Assembly: GCA_963766715.1 (NCBI GenBank)
Contig: CAVYBH010000002.1
Location: forward strand, 222,732-286,731
Length of the DNA: 64,000 nucleotides
Origin: an uncultured delta proteobacterium
GTDB lineage: Bacteria; Myxococcota; Myxococcia; Myxococcales; Anaeromyxobacteraceae
Reading direction: 5' to 3'
Shown: in pieces, positions 40,979 through 52,463 of the stretch
How the letters are laid out: every line of letters starts with the position of its first letter
Numbering within the stretch: position 1 is the stretch's first letter
The notes under the pieces: generated by a model
The model's input: the letters and a program-made list of their open reading frames with translations, nothing else
The model's database searches: none
Told to the model about the DNA's origin: nothing
Program-made: the position numbers and the translations under genes

Positions 40979-41347
40979 ATGCTAGGCATCGGAACAGACA
41001 TCGTGGGGACAGGAGACATCGCGCAGCGCCTGGCTCGGTCAGAGAACTTCGCGGGGTTCGTCTTCAGTGATGCCGAGCGGATCCACGGGGAATCCCTGTC
41101 CGTGCCGGAGCGATCCTTTGCAGGGAAGTTTGCGGCCAAGGAGGCGTTCCTGAAGGCGATCGGTATTGGGATAATGGATGGAGTGCCCCTTCCTGAGATC
41201 GAGGTAGTGGCGACGGACAACCGTGTCTGCGAGTTTCGCTTGGGGCCCTCAGCGGAAGCGGCGCTTCGGCGTACAGGTGGAACCAAGGCTCACCTTTCCA
41301 TCTCTCACGGCAGGGGTATGGCCATGGCCATGGTGGTCGTGATCTGA
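40979..41347 (+). CDS. acpS: Holo-ACP synthase (AcpS-type PPTase)
   Basis: GIGTDIV, FAAKEAFLKA, LSISH. Confidence 0.9.
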   Translation: MLGIGTDIVGTGDIAQRLARSENFAGFVFSDAERIHGESLSVPERSFAGKFAAKEAFLKAIGIGIMDGVPLPEIEVVATDNRVCEFRLGPSAEAALRRTGGTKAHLSISHGRGMAMAMVVVI

Positions 41348-42154
41348 TGCGGCACGCCCTCCGCCAGACTCTCCGAGTTGCTTCAACGGGGTTCGCCTAC
41401 GCCCTCTTCTTCACGGGCGCGGCAGTTCTCGGATGGGTGGTATTTCCGATTATCGTGGTGGTGTCCCGGCCCAGCCTCACGCGTGCTCGGCGATGCAGGC
41501 GGATCATCCGCCGATCCTTTGTCCTCTTTCACCACATACTTCGAGTCGGTCGCGTGCTGGACTACGACCCTCGGTGCGCAGGGCTTGATCTGCCGGCCGG
41601 GGCCTGCGTCATCGTCGCGAACCACCCGACATTGCTCGATGTGACAGCGATCGTATCGGCCCTCCCGGACATCACATTCGTCGTGAAGTCGTCCATGTTC
41701 CGATTCTCTCTACTCGGACGCGTGGTGCATCTTTGCGGATACGTGGAATCGGGAGGGGGATCCCCCGTCGCTGGCGCCATCACGACGAGGACGTGCTTGA
41801 AGCGGCTCGCGGAAGGGGTCCCGGTGCTCATCTTCCCGGAGGGCACGAGAATCACCGGAGCGCGGGCTCGGTGCGTTCAAACGAGGCGCAACAACCATCG
41901 CGCGCCGCGCGGGCGTGCCTCTCGTTCCCCTCGTCCTGACGTGTGAGCCGCCCACTCTCAAGCGAGGCCAGGCGTGGTACGCGGTCCCTGCAGTGACTCC
42001 TGTCATGACGCTCACGGCCCTTCCCTGTGGAGAGTCGGGTCCGACGATGGAGTCTCTGCGGAATGCGTACGTCGGCTTTCTTCGCGAGGCCAGGCCAATT
42101 GTCGAGGCGCAGTCGAGAACCGCGCCGGCCCCGCTCTCAAACATTGCAAACTGA
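41347..42154 (+). CDS. PlsC-family acyltransferase (ApeD-like), frameshift near 41850
   Basis: ANHPTLLD and FPEGTR motifs; continues ...FKRGA in another frame. Confidence 0.85.
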
Positions 42155-42161
42155 GGCTGAC

Positions 42162-42428
42162 ATGGATGAACTGGAAAGGCAGATCAAAGAACTCATTGTA
42201 CGAAGCCTCAACCTGGAGGGGGTTTCTCCGGAGACGATCCAGAGTGATGCTCCTCTCTTCGGCACGGGGCTCGGACTCGATTCCATCGATGCACTCGAGC
42301 TCGCGATGGCCCTGCGCAAACGTTACGGCGTGAAAATCGAGGCCAACGACGCTGAAAACCGGAAGATCTTCTTCAGCGTCCGGGCGCTGGCGGAGTTCGT
42401 TCAGCGCAGTGGAGCAACTGCGACCTGA
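42162..42428 (+). CDS. Acyl carrier protein (ApeE-like)
   Basis: PLFGTGLGLDSIDALEL phosphopantetheine site. Confidence 0.92.
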   Translation: MDELERQIKELIVRSLNLEGVSPETIQSDAPLFGTGLGLDSIDALELAMALRKRYGVKIEANDAENRKIFFSVRALAEFVQRSGATAT

Positions 42429-42575
42429 CAGGATGAGCGCCCAGATCTGGGTGCGGTCTCCTAGCCGTCGAGAGCGGGACGCCGGCGCCCGCGCCGTGAG
42501 AATTGCACGGTTAGTGTCACTTCGGCTCCTCATCAAGAAGACCAAGTCCAGCAAGAAAGGCTTCCCAAAGCGCCC

Positions 42576-43932
42576 GTGAGAGTCCTCCTCGCCTCCATCA
42601 ACCGGCTCCGGTACCCCTATCCCGTCTACCCACTCGGGCTGAGTCACGTAGCCGCGGCGCTCATCGCCGCGCCATGACGTTCGAATCGTCGACCTTTGCC
42701 CGAAGGAACCCCGGGGACGGAGCGATCGAGGACGCGGTGCGTGACTACCACCGGATGCCGTGGGTGTGACCATTCGGAATGTCGACAACACCGACTCGAC
42801 TGCCATCCAGGGGTTTGCCGGCGATGCACGGCTTGCCGTAGCCGCCATCCGTTCCGCCACCCGGGCGCCGATTGTGATCGGCGGGGCGGGCTACGCCCTC
42901 TTCCCCGAAGGCACTGTTGGACGTGACTGGTGCCGATTTCGGTTTTATCGGAGATGGTGAGGCATGCGGCCCGCTCTTCGACGCACTGGAGGCGAAGGCC
43001 AGTCCAAGCGGCCTGCCTGGCGTGGTCACGAGCGGGGACCCGCTGCCGGAACCGGCACGAGCCTCAGGGTCGACGTGCCCCGCACCGCCGGGCATGAATC
43101 CCGACCTGGGCTGGTACCTCGGCCACGGCGGCATCCTCAACATACAAACGCAGCGCGGGTGCGCCTTCCAGTGCACCTACTGCACCTATCCCGGTCTGGA
43201 AGGGAGCCGCATTCGCCCAGCGGAGGCTGATGTTGGCGCCGTCGCCCGAAGACTGCAGGACGCTGGAGCGCGGTTCATCGCCGTTGCCGATTCTGTGTTC
43301 AACAGTTCGTTCGGCCATGCGCTGGCAGTCGGGGATGCGTTCCGCCGAGCTGGAGTGACCGTCCCGTGGAGCGCCTTCCTGGCACCGACGCCGCCTGCCC
43401 GATCACTTCTTCGAGCGCCTCGCCGAAGCCGGCCTATCTCACGTGGAGTTCGGGACGGAGTCACTCTCCGACCCGATGCTCGCGCGGATCCGGAAGTCGT
43501 TCCGGAGGGAAGATGTTGCCCGCGCCCACGCCTCGGCCGTGAGCGCGGGTCTCCACGTAGCCCACTTCCTCCTCCTGGGAGGGCCGGGCGAGACCTTGGA
43601 AACGGTCGAGGAGACGTTGGCCGGCGCTGACCGACTGGAGGGACGCGGCGTGGTTCGTGTTCTGCGGAATGCGCATCTACCCGGGGACAGAGCTTCACGA
43701 GACGGCAGTTCGTGAAGGCCAGATTGCCGAGGATGACCCGCTCCTAGAACCGGTCTACTACCGCCCGGACGGAATCGGTCTCGATCGAATTGAACGGCTT
43801 GTCCGTGAACACGCCGCGACGAGGCCGTCATGGGTGATTGGGGATGGGAGTAGCCGTGCTGGAAGGGTAATCGAGGCAATGCACGCCAGGGGCCGCACGG
43901 GGCCGCTCTGGGAACACATGGTGGATTCTTGA
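42576..43932 (+). CDS. Cobalamin-binding radical SAM protein of lipid-cluster type; multiple frameshifts
   Basis: VRVLLASINR...PYPVYPLGL, IRNVDN, QTQRGCAFQCTYCTYP, DSVFN, EFGTESLSD, GGPGET, GMRIYPGT. Confidence 0.85.
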
Positions 43933-43940
43933 GACTGGGC

Positions 43941-44596
43941 ATGAGCCACTCGGCGTCCCGCTCCGGAGGCGGCGGTTCGAGCCCTGTCCAGTGGGCTGGG
44001 AAGGCGATCCACCTCGCGACGATGCTGGCGTGGCCGCTCTTGGTCGTGGTTGGAGCCCGCGTCGCCGGCCCGCAGAGGGTCGCCGTTGCCATATTGGTTC
44101 TGCTCATGCCCGGGGTTGTCGTTGCACTGCTGGGCGGGGTGCAGTCGCGAAGAGCTCTGTGGTCGGCCACGGGTGCGGCTTGTCGTGCCGCCGCCGCAGC
44201 GGTCGTCGATGACGACCGGATCCTGCTTGCTTGGCCGGTCATGGTCAGCGTCGCTCTGCTGTCGCGTTTGGCAGCTCGCTACGAGGAGTGCCCCTCGTCG
44301 AGAGGTTTGCACGACTCCAGGAGGATTCGCTGAATGCCGCGGAGGTAGAGTACTGCCGGACAGTGACGTGGGTCTGGTGCGGGTTCTTCTCGCTGAATGC
44401 AGTGGTCGCGACGACATTGGCGCTGGCTGGCACAAGGGAGACGTGGGCCCTCTACTGTGGCGTACTTGCCTACGTCGCAATCGGAGGTCTATTTGCCGGC
44501 GAGTACATCGTCCGAAGGGTTCGGTTCGGGCGGCTTGGCAATGGACCTGTGGATCGAGTCATCGCGCACGTGGTCTCCCGAGGGACGCGTCCGTGA
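43941..44596 (+). CDS. COG4648-type membrane protein (ApeG-like), frameshifted
   Basis: FGSSLRGVPLVERFARL...YCRTVTWVWCGFF..N...WALY.G..AY...GEYIVR. Confidence 0.8.
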
Positions 44597-46212
44597 TCCG
44601 GACCCTGGTCGCTGCACGACCGCAGAGCCCCAGTAGCCATCGGAGCCGCGGGGACGCGCCTCGCAGAGGAGCTGCTCGCCGACGTGGCCCGCGCTTCAGC
44701 TCGCACTCCGGACCATGCGCGCGGGAGAGGTGGCAGTGGCTTGTGCGGACCGCTACCTGCTCACCGTGGCGCTCCTCGGTGCTTGGTCGGCGGGGCGCGC
44801 AGTGGCGCTGCCTCCCAACGGGCAGGAGATGCGGTTCGCGCCGTAGCAAGCCTCGCCCCACGGCGGTTCTGCTCCACGATCACGACGGGCGCCGGCGTCG
44901 GCGTCGACGTCCGATCGATGCTCGGTCTGCGGTCGCCAGGTTCTCTCGAGACTGCCGGAGGTGAATCAGGACATCACCTCGTCACCCTCTGGACGTCGGG
45001 TCGACCGGGGCGCCGCTGCCGCTTCGGAAGAGCGCCGGACAACTCCTGGGCGAGGCTCTGCTCCTCCCGCGTGCCTTCGCGATTTCGGTCTGGATGTCGT
45101 TCGTGGCGACCGTGCCGTCGCACCACATCTACGGGCTCCTTTTCGGCGTGCTCTCACCGCTCGCCGCCGGGGGGGCGTTCGGCCGGGAGATCCCGCTCCA
45201 CGCCGAGGCGGTGGCCACCGCGGGACGGCGGTGCGACGCATCTCGTGAGCGCCTGCCCACCTCCGGGGGCTTCTGGTGCTGGATTCCCTCCCGCGGTTGA
45301 GCCGTGCCTTCTCCTCCGGCGCGGAGCTTCCGGCCGACGTGCGCGCGGAACTGCGACCGGCTCGGCCTCGCCGTGACCGAGGTCTACGGGTCCACCGAGA
45401 CGGGCGGGGTGGCGCAGCGCGACGGGGCCGACGGGTCCTGGGTCCGTTCCCCGGAGTGACGGTTGCCGTGGCCGGGGAGGGGAGGCTTGCGTGGTGGATT
45501 CCCCCTTCCTTGCCGCCGGCGCGGCGCGCCCGTTCGTCGCGGGCGACAGGCGTCTCTGCGAACCCGGCGGGTTCCGGCTCCTCGGGCGCGCTGACGGCGT
45601 GGTCAAGGTGGCGGGGAAACGCGTGGCGCTGGCCGAGGTGGAGGCGCGGCTGCTCGCCGTCCCCGGGGTGCGCGAGGCGGCTGTGGTCGCGTGCCCGGCG
45701 CCCGGGATGCGCGGGAGACGGAGATCCGGGCGGCGGTGGCGCGCCCGGGCTCGACGAGAGCCAGTCCGCGCGGCGCTCCTCGGGTGGCTCGACCCGGTGA
45801 CCGTGCCGCGCCGCATCCGCGTGGTCGAGGCGCTCCCGCGGGAGGCCACCGGGAAGATCCCGAGGGACGCGGCTCCTGGCCCTCGTTCGGGCCCGAGCCG
45901 GACGTCCTCGTCCTCGAGCACCGGGTGGGCAGCGCGGCGCGCTGGTTCGAGGGGCACTTCGACGGGTTCCCCTGCTCCCGGGCGTGGTCCAGCTCGCCGA
46001 GCTCGTGCTGCGTCCGGCCCGGCGGCGCTGGCCGGACCTGGCCGGCCGGTCCGCGTCCGGCGCCTCAAGTTCCAGCGGAGATCGGCCCCGGGGAGATCCT
46101 GTCCGTGCGGATCGCCCGCCCGTCCGGGGGCGGCGCAAGCTGGAGTTCGAGATTGCCTGCGGCGGGAGCGCTGTGCCTCCGGCTGGCTGTCGACTTCGGG
46201 GCGGCGGGGTGA
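44593..46212 (+). CDS. AMP-binding acyl-ACP/CoA ligase followed by a FabZ-like dehydratase domain (ApeH/ApeI-like); many frameshifts
   Basis: WTSG, ATVPSHHIYGLLFG, SSGA, EVYGSTETGG, GRADGVVKVAGKRV, PREATGK, then WFEGHFDGFP. Confidence 0.75.
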
Positions 46213-46939
46213 GCTTCCGCGTCTGCGCCGTCGTCCCAACCTACGACAACCCACGGACGGTGGCGCGGGTGGTGGAGCTGCTCGCCCGTGCCTCGAGGCG
46301 TCATGGTCGTGGACGACGGAAGTGCCGAGGAAGGCCGCGCCGTCCCGGGATCGCGAAAGTCGCGGGCTGGCGGTCGTCCGGCGCCACGAACGGAATCGTG
46401 GCAAGGGCGCCGCGGTGAAGACCGGGCTGGCCGCGGCCCGGGAGTTCGGCTTCACTCATGCCCTTCAGGTCGACGCCGATGGCCAGCACGACCTGGCTGA
46501 CGTCCCGCGCTTCCTGGCGGCGTCGCGCGAGGCACCCGACGCCCTGATCCTGGGCTGTCCGGTCTTCGACGCGTCGGCGCCAGGCGTCCGTCGCCGAGGG
46601 CGGAAGGTCAGCATCTTCTGGACGACGCTGGAGACCGGTGGCCGCGTCATCGCCGATCCGCTCTGCGGCTTTCGGGTCTACCCGGTGGAGGCCGCGCTCC
46701 GGGCCGGGGCCAAGGGGGAACGAATGGAGTTCGATCCTGAGATCGCCGTCCGCATGGTATGGGACGGTTCCCGAGTGGTGAACTTGCCGACCCGGGTCCG
46801 GTACCTGTCCCCCGAGGAGGGGGGCGTTTCCCACTTCCGGATGTTCCGAGACAACGTCCGAATCATCTGGGCGCACACGCGCCTCGTCACGCTGGCCCTC
46901 CTGCGGGTGGTCACGCTGCGGGGGCTGGGTCCCACGTGA
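46209..46939 (+). CDS. GT2 glycosyltransferase (ApeJ N-terminal half-like), frameshifts near the 5' end
   Basis: VVPTYD, VVDDGS, NRGKGAA, QVDADGQH, CGFRVYP, GGVSHF. Confidence 0.85.
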
Positions 46940-47826
46940 CGCGCCGTTGGCAAGACGTCGGGGAGAAGGGCGGGGGAGCTGGCATCGCCTTCTCGTGGCG
47001 ATGGCCACGAGCTTGGGCAGGCCGTTGCGCGCCTCGTGCTTCCGATTGTCGCCGCGTGGTTCGTGGCCCTTCACTCCGGCGTTCGGCGAGCGTCCCGGGA
47101 CTACCTTCGGCGCGTGCTTGCCCGGCCCGTGGGCCTACGGACGTGTACCGACACGTGCTTACCTTTGCCCGTGTCGCGCTCGACCGGCTCTTCTTGGTGC
47201 GGGGCGACTTCGCCCCGTTCCGAATGTCGTCGGCTGGAGAGGAGCATATCCTCGCGGCCGCTCGTTCCGGCAATGGCGCCATCCTCTTGCTGTCGCACCT
47301 GGGCAGCTATGACGCGATGCGCGGCTGCTCTTCGCTGCGAGGCGTCCGGGTCTCCGCGATAGGCGATTTCCGCAACGCCCGGATCTTCGCCGAGGCGTTG
47401 CGCCGCATCAACCCGCTTGTTGATGCCGATCTGATCCCGATCGAGGACTGGCCTAGGTTCGTCCTCCCAGTGGAACAACGTGTACCCGCGGGGGGATCGT
47501 GGCCACGATGGGAGACCGGGTGGGCTCCGACGCCGGGCGGTGGAGGTTGCCTTCCTGGGCGGCCGGGCCGCTTCCCCTCCGGGCCCTACCTGCTGGCTGC
47601 GGTGCTTCGCTGCCCGGTCTACTTGGCGTTCGCCGTCTACCGGGAGCCCAACGTCTACGAGATCTCGTGCGAGCCGTTCGCCGAAAGCATCGAGCTTCCG
47701 CGCGGCGACCGGGCAAGGGCTCTGGCCCGCTATGCCCAAGACTACGCCTGCCGTCTCGAGCGGCGATGCCGACAAGCTCCATTCAATTGGTTCAACTTCT
47801 ACGATTTCTGGAGCGCCAAGCCATGA
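46936..47826 (+). CDS. LpxL/LpxP-family acyltransferase (ApeJ C-terminal half-like), frameshifted
   Basis: SHLGSYD, MGDR, FPSGP, PFNWFNFYDFW. Confidence 0.85.
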   Translation: MTRRWQDVGEKGGGAGIAFSWRWPRAWAGRCAPRASDCRRVVRGPSLRRSASVPGLPSARACPARGPTDVYRHVLTFARVALDRLFLVRGDFAPFRMSSAGEEHILAAARSGNGAILLLSHLGSYDAMRGCSSLRGVRVSAIGDFRNARIFAEALRRINPLVDADLIPIEDWPRFVLPVEQRVPAGGSWPRWETGWAPTPGGGGCLPGRPGRFPSGPYLLAAVLRCPVYLAFAVYREPNVYEISCEPFAESIELPRGDRARALARYAQDYACRLERRCRQAPFNWFNFYDFWSAKP

Positions 47827-49373
47827 CAGGCCAGCCCCTTCCCGTTCGTACAGCCGGTGGAGCGCCCTTGTCGGTCGAGGATGTCGTCCGTCTCGGACGG
47901 GGGAACGTGGTCCCCGTACTCGAGGAGGATCCGGCCTTTCGGCGCCGCATCGAAGCCTCGGCTGCGCACGTAGCCCGCATCGTGGAGGGCGGGGACAGTG
48001 GTCTACGGGGTCACGACCGGATTCGGCGACTCCTGCGAGAACGACATCGCCCCCGAACTCGCAGCGGCCATGGCGATCAACCTGGTCCGGTTCCACGGTT
48101 GCGGCACCGGCGCGCCACTTCCTGAGGACGCAGGCCGCGGCGGTCGTGGCGGTTCGGCTCGCCACGCTCGCATGCGGCCACTCTGGCGTTCGCGTGGAAC
48201 TCCTGGAGCGACTCTGCGCGCTCCTTCGCCACCGCATCGTCCCCGTGATTCCCGAAGAAGGATCGGTCGGCGCGAGCGGCGACCTCACCCGCTCTCTTAC
48301 CTCGCCGCCGTCGTGGCCGGGGAGCGCCGCGTCCGATTCAGAGGCGTGGAGATGCCGGCCGCCGAGGCGCTGGCCCAGGTCGGGCTCGCCCCGCTGCGCC
48401 TCGCCCCAAGGAGAGCCTGGCCCTCATGAACGGGACGAGCGTGATGACCGCGCTGGGGTGCCTGGCCTTCGATCGGGCGCGCCGGCTGGCGCGCGCTCTC
48501 CGCCACACTCACAGCCATGGCAAGCGACGTGATGCGGGGCGAGCCGGGCCACTTCGACGCGCGCATCTTCGCGTGGAAGCCCCACCCCGGCCAGGCGCTG
48601 TGCGCAACGCTGGATCCGGGAGCACCTCGCTACGGGGCCGGGACAGCGGCCCCGAGGGCGCGCGCGTGCAGGACCGCTACTCGATCCGCTGCGCGCCACA
48701 CGTCATCGGCGTGCTCCTCGACGCGCTTCCGTCAATCCGGCAGACGCTGGAGATCGAGGTGAACGGCGCCAACGACAACCCGCTCATCGATCCTGACACC
48801 GGCGACGTACTGCACGGCGGAAACTTCTACGGCGGCCACGTTGCGTTTGCCATGGACGGGCTGAAGAGCGCCGTCGCCAGCATCGCGGACCTGCTCGACC
48901 GGCAGTTGGCCCTGCTATGTCTGCCCACCACCAGCAACGGTCTTCCGGCAAACCTGGTTCGTGGCGGCGGTCGCGAGCGGATGACGCATCACGGATTCAA
49001 GGCGATGCAGATCAGTGCGTCCGCTCTGACCGCCGAGGCGCTCAAGCTGACAATGCCGGCAGCGTCCTTCAGCCGCTCAACCGAGTGCCACAACCAGGAC
49101 AAGGTCTCGATGGGGACCATCGCCGCGCGCGACGCGGTCCGCGTGCTTGAGCTCTGCGAACGGGTGGCTGCCATCCACCTGCTCGCGTGCTGCCAGGCCG
49201 CTGACATCCGACGCGTCGATACGTGCCGGCCGCGGACCCAGGAGGTAGTGGCTGCGGTACGCCTCAGCATTCCGGGCGTGGAGGAGGACAGGGCCATGGA
49301 CGTGGACATCCAGGGGCTCCTTGAACGAGTAGCGCGCGGCGAGATTCCTCATTGCATGCCGGGGGAGCAGTGA
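47823..49373 (+). CDS. MIO-dependent aromatic amino acid ammonia-lyase (HAL/PAL/TAL family), frameshifted
   Basis: VYGVTTGFG, GSVGASGDL (MIO), MNGT, QDRYSIRCAP, NDNP, HNQDKVSMG. Confidence 0.9.
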
Positions 49374-49816
49374 CTCGCTATCCCGTTCCACCGGCATCGG
49401 CAGAGGTTGTCGAGATTCGTATTCCCTTTCATCACGTGGACTACCTGCGCGTGGTGTGGCACGGCCGATACATCGAATATCTTGAGGCCGCTCAGGGGGC
49501 GTACCTGAGGCGGCAGAATCTCGATCTCGCCGACATGCAGGAGCTGGGATACCTCTTCATGGTGGCAGAGACAAACGTGCGACACCTCGCGCCGCTCCGC
49601 TATGGCGATCGGTTACGGGTAACGTGCTGGGTCACCGAGGACGAGAACCGGATCGACATGGCGTACGACCTGACCCTGGCGTCCGGGGGTGATCGCCGCG
49701 CATTCGCACGGACGAGCATCGTCACACTCTCCGAAGCGGGTGAACTCTGCCTCGCCACGCCAAGCGAGGTACTCGAACGGCTCCGTGCCAACGTCGGTCC
49801 GCCCGGGAGGGATTGA
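49370..49816 (+). CDS. 4HBT/YbgC-family acyl-CoA thioesterase (ApeK-like)
   Basis: FHHVDYLRVVWHGRYIEYLE...PLRYGD. Confidence 0.88.
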   Translation: MTRYPVPPASAEVVEIRIPFHHVDYLRVVWHGRYIEYLEAAQGAYLRRQNLDLADMQELGYLFMVAETNVRHLAPLRYGDRLRVTCWVTEDENRIDMAYDLTLASGGDRRAFARTSIVTLSEAGELCLATPSEVLERLRANVGPPGRD

Positions 49817-50364
49817 TGCTCGGAGCCGCCCTCATCGTCGCTCTCCTGGTAGCGGCCCAGCCCGCGCCGACTGCGGATCGACTCCGGCAACGACACTCCG
49901 GAGTGAAGACCCTCGAGGCGGACATCGTTCAGGTGAAGGAGGGTCGCTTCTGGGCACGCCCCCTCACGAGCCACGTCAAGCTGCATTGGACGCCATCGCG
50001 AATCGAGTGGGAGACGACGGAGCCCGTCAGGGCGAGTGTAGTCGTGGAGGGAGACCGGGTACGGGTAACAGGACCCGGGACGGACGGGCGGGATCTCGGA
50101 GCTGCAGCGAGGGACCCGCGAGTCGCTGCCCTCCTCAAGTTCCTGAGAGCACTCGTCGCCTTTGACCTCCCCAGCATAGAGAAGGAATTCGAACTCACCT
50201 GGCAGGAGCGAGCCTTGGATGGCCGCCCCCGCGCGTCGACGGGTTCAGCTTTCGAGCACATACGGCTCACGTTCGACGCTGACGACGAGATCCAACTCGT
50301 CGAGTTCTCGACCGCCACCGAGAAGACTCGACTCGAATTCCTGAAGGTCGAGCGAACGCGGTGA
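49816..50364 (+). CDS. LolA-like carrier protein (ApeL-like)
   Basis: Signal peptide; TLEADIVQVK...PLTS...WETTEP. Confidence 0.75.
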   Translation: MLGAALIVALLVAAQPAPTADRLRQRHSGVKTLEADIVQVKEGRFWARPLTSHVKLHWTPSRIEWETTEPVRASVVVEGDRVRVTGPGTDGRDLGAAARDPRVAALLKFLRALVAFDLPSIEKEFELTWQERALDGRPRASTGSAFEHIRLTFDADDEIQLVEFSTATEKTRLEFLKVERTR

Positions 50365-52463
50365 AGCGACACCTCCTCGTTGGCTTGGTCATCGCGCTCC
50401 TTTCGTGGGCGGTGGAGCGCTCGTTTCGCCTTCTGGATGACCCCGTGCGTTCGCTCGTCGCCTCCGATCCCGTGTCCCGCAAACTCTTCGAGGACTATCA
50501 GGCCAGGAGCCCATACCGCGGCAAACTATTCGTCGAGGCACGCGATCTGAGCGCACATGAGCAGGACGTGCTCGACAAGGCACTCGAGGGCGCCGGCTAC
50601 CGAGAGGTCCCGTTGATGGCCACCCCAAGCCCAGAGCGCCTGCTCGCGCTCGCCTCTCAGCTGCCGCTACAGGAGGTCGAGCGGCTTCTCGGGAAAGAAG
50701 CGGGGGAGAGGCGCGTGCTGGAGGCGACGGCCATGGCGACGCTACCTGGAGGAGGGGAGTACCTACGGCAAGTCGAGATCGATCCGCTGGGCTTCCTGCC
50801 TGTGCTCGCCAGAGTCTTCAATGGTACCCGAACCGCTGGTGCCGGGTATCAGCCGACTCCGCGAATGTACGCTAGTCCAGAGGCCCTTGATTTCGAGCAG
50901 GTCGGCGCCCTCCGCGCTGAATTGGAGAGGCTCGTTCCTCGGGTTCACTACATCGGCGGGGACTTCTTCGCGCTAGAGAACTATTTGGCCGTTCGACGGG
51001 ATGTGGTCGTGTGCGCCATCCTGTCCCTCGTTCTGAACCTCGGCCTCTTCGTGTTCTTCACTCGCAGATGGGTCTTGCTCTGGCTTGTTGCGGTCGGCTC
51101 CGTGGTCTCCTACATGGCGGGGCTGCTAGCGATTCGAGCCTTCTATGCCGAGATATTCGCCGTGGTTCTCGTCTACACATCCACCTTCGTAGGGTTCAAC
51201 AACGAGTCCCTCGTACACCTCTCAGGGATCGAGGAGAGGCATCGAACGAAGGCCCTGCTCGGCGTCTGGTCGGCCATTGGCACCACGATGCTCGGGTTCG
51301 TGGTGATGCTCTTCGGGAAGTCTGTCCTTGTTCGCCAGATGGCGATCGCGTCCATAGCTGGACTTCTCGCGTTCCTGGTCTTCCTCGTCCCCTATCGAGA
51401 TACGGTTCGGTCCATCCGGTTCCGGAAGTTCCGCCTTCCGGCGCTGGCGGTGTCGCCGGTAGCGATTGCCGCCTTCGCACTGGCAGCGGTTGCAGGACTC
51501 GTCTGGGTAGGCGTCCCAAAGGTGGGGACGCGGGTCGCCGATCTACGAGTGGAGTCCGCGGCCCTGAAGAGGGAAGTGGATTACTTCTCGGACCGGCTAG
51601 ACGCCCTGGCGCCAGGCGAGATGGTGGCGGCGCCGATTCAGGGAAGCCCCTCGGAAACAATCGCACGGCTCGCGTCTGAAGGACTCCTCGATCCCGCCCA
51701 GCATCCACTTTCCAGGAGAGTCTCAGAGGAGCGCCAAGCGGCGACGCTGGCCGTGATTCGGGGCGGGTGGGAGGAGGCCAGGGACCGAATCGGCTCGGGG
51801 CTGACTGCTGCTGGCCTGTCCCTGCGCCTAAGCGAGGTGCCTCCCGGCCGGGAGCTGTCCGAATGGGATTACCTCGCCCTCATGGGCGAAATCGGGCCGG
51901 TTCTTTGGACCGGCGAGGCCGGCGGGCTCCAGTTCGTTCACGTTGGAATCAAGCGCTTCCCGGAGAATGGTACAGAACGCGGCCTCGTCTCTCTCGACCC
52001 ACGGAGGCACTATGATCGCCTGCTCACGGACCTATCGAGGCAGCTAGGCTTCCTCTTCCTGGGAGGGATGGCGGCAATGGCCGTCTACTTGGTGTTCCTG
52101 CAGCGCAGTGTCACGCGCATGCTCTACATCTTCGCACCGGTCCTCCTGGCGGCTGTCGGATTCGCCGTCTGGTCACGCGTTTCCGGGTCCCCCATGACGG
52201 TGGTGCACTTCATGGGATTCTCATTGGTCATCGCCATCGCCATGGACTACACGGCGCTGGCCGTATCGACCGACCACGGCCCCACTGAACTCTCGAAAAT
52301 CCTTCTCACGGGCCTATCGGCCATAGGCACGTTTGGCGTCTTGCTCCTCGCGCATCATCCAGTCCTACGGACGCTCGGCGCCACAGTGATCGCAGGCGCG
52401 TTACCGTCACTGGCATTCGCTCTTTTCGTGAAGATCCGCAGACCGACGGTGGGATCGACGTGA
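50361..52463 (+). CDS. MMPL/RND-like exporter (ApeM-like)
   Basis: Two blocks of 5-6 TM helices; IAMDY...TFGVLLLAHHPVLRTLG. Confidence 0.8.
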   Translation: MKRHLLVGLVIALLSWAVERSFRLLDDPVRSLVASDPVSRKLFEDYQARSPYRGKLFVEARDLSAHEQDVLDKALEGAGYREVPLMATPSPERLLALASQLPLQEVERLLGKEAGERRVLEATAMATLPGGGEYLRQVEIDPLGFLPVLARVFNGTRTAGAGYQPTPRMYASPEALDFEQVGALRAELERLVPRVHYIGGDFFALENYLAVRRDVVVCAILSLVLNLGLFVFFTRRWVLLWLVAVGSVVSYMAGLLAIRAFYAEIFAVVLVYTSTFVGFNNESLVHLSGIEERHRTKALLGVWSAIGTTMLGFVVMLFGKSVLVRQMAIASIAGLLAFLVFLVPYRDTVRSIRFRKFRLPALAVSPVAIAAFALAAVAGLVWVGVPKVGTRVADLRVESAALKREVDYFSDRLDALAPGEMVAAPIQGSPSETIARLASEGLLDPAQHPLSRRVSEERQAATLAVIRGGWEEARDRIGSGLTAAGLSLRLSEVPPGRELSEWDYLALMGEIGPVLWTGEAGGLQFVHVGIKRFPENGTERGLVSLDPRRHYDRLLTDLSRQLGFLFLGGMAAMAVYLVFLQRSVTRMLYIFAPVLLAAVGFAVWSRVSGSPMTVVHFMGFSLVIAIAMDYTALAVSTDHGPTELSKILLTGLSAIGTFGVLLLAHHPVLRTLGATVIAGALPSLAFALFVKIRRPTVGST

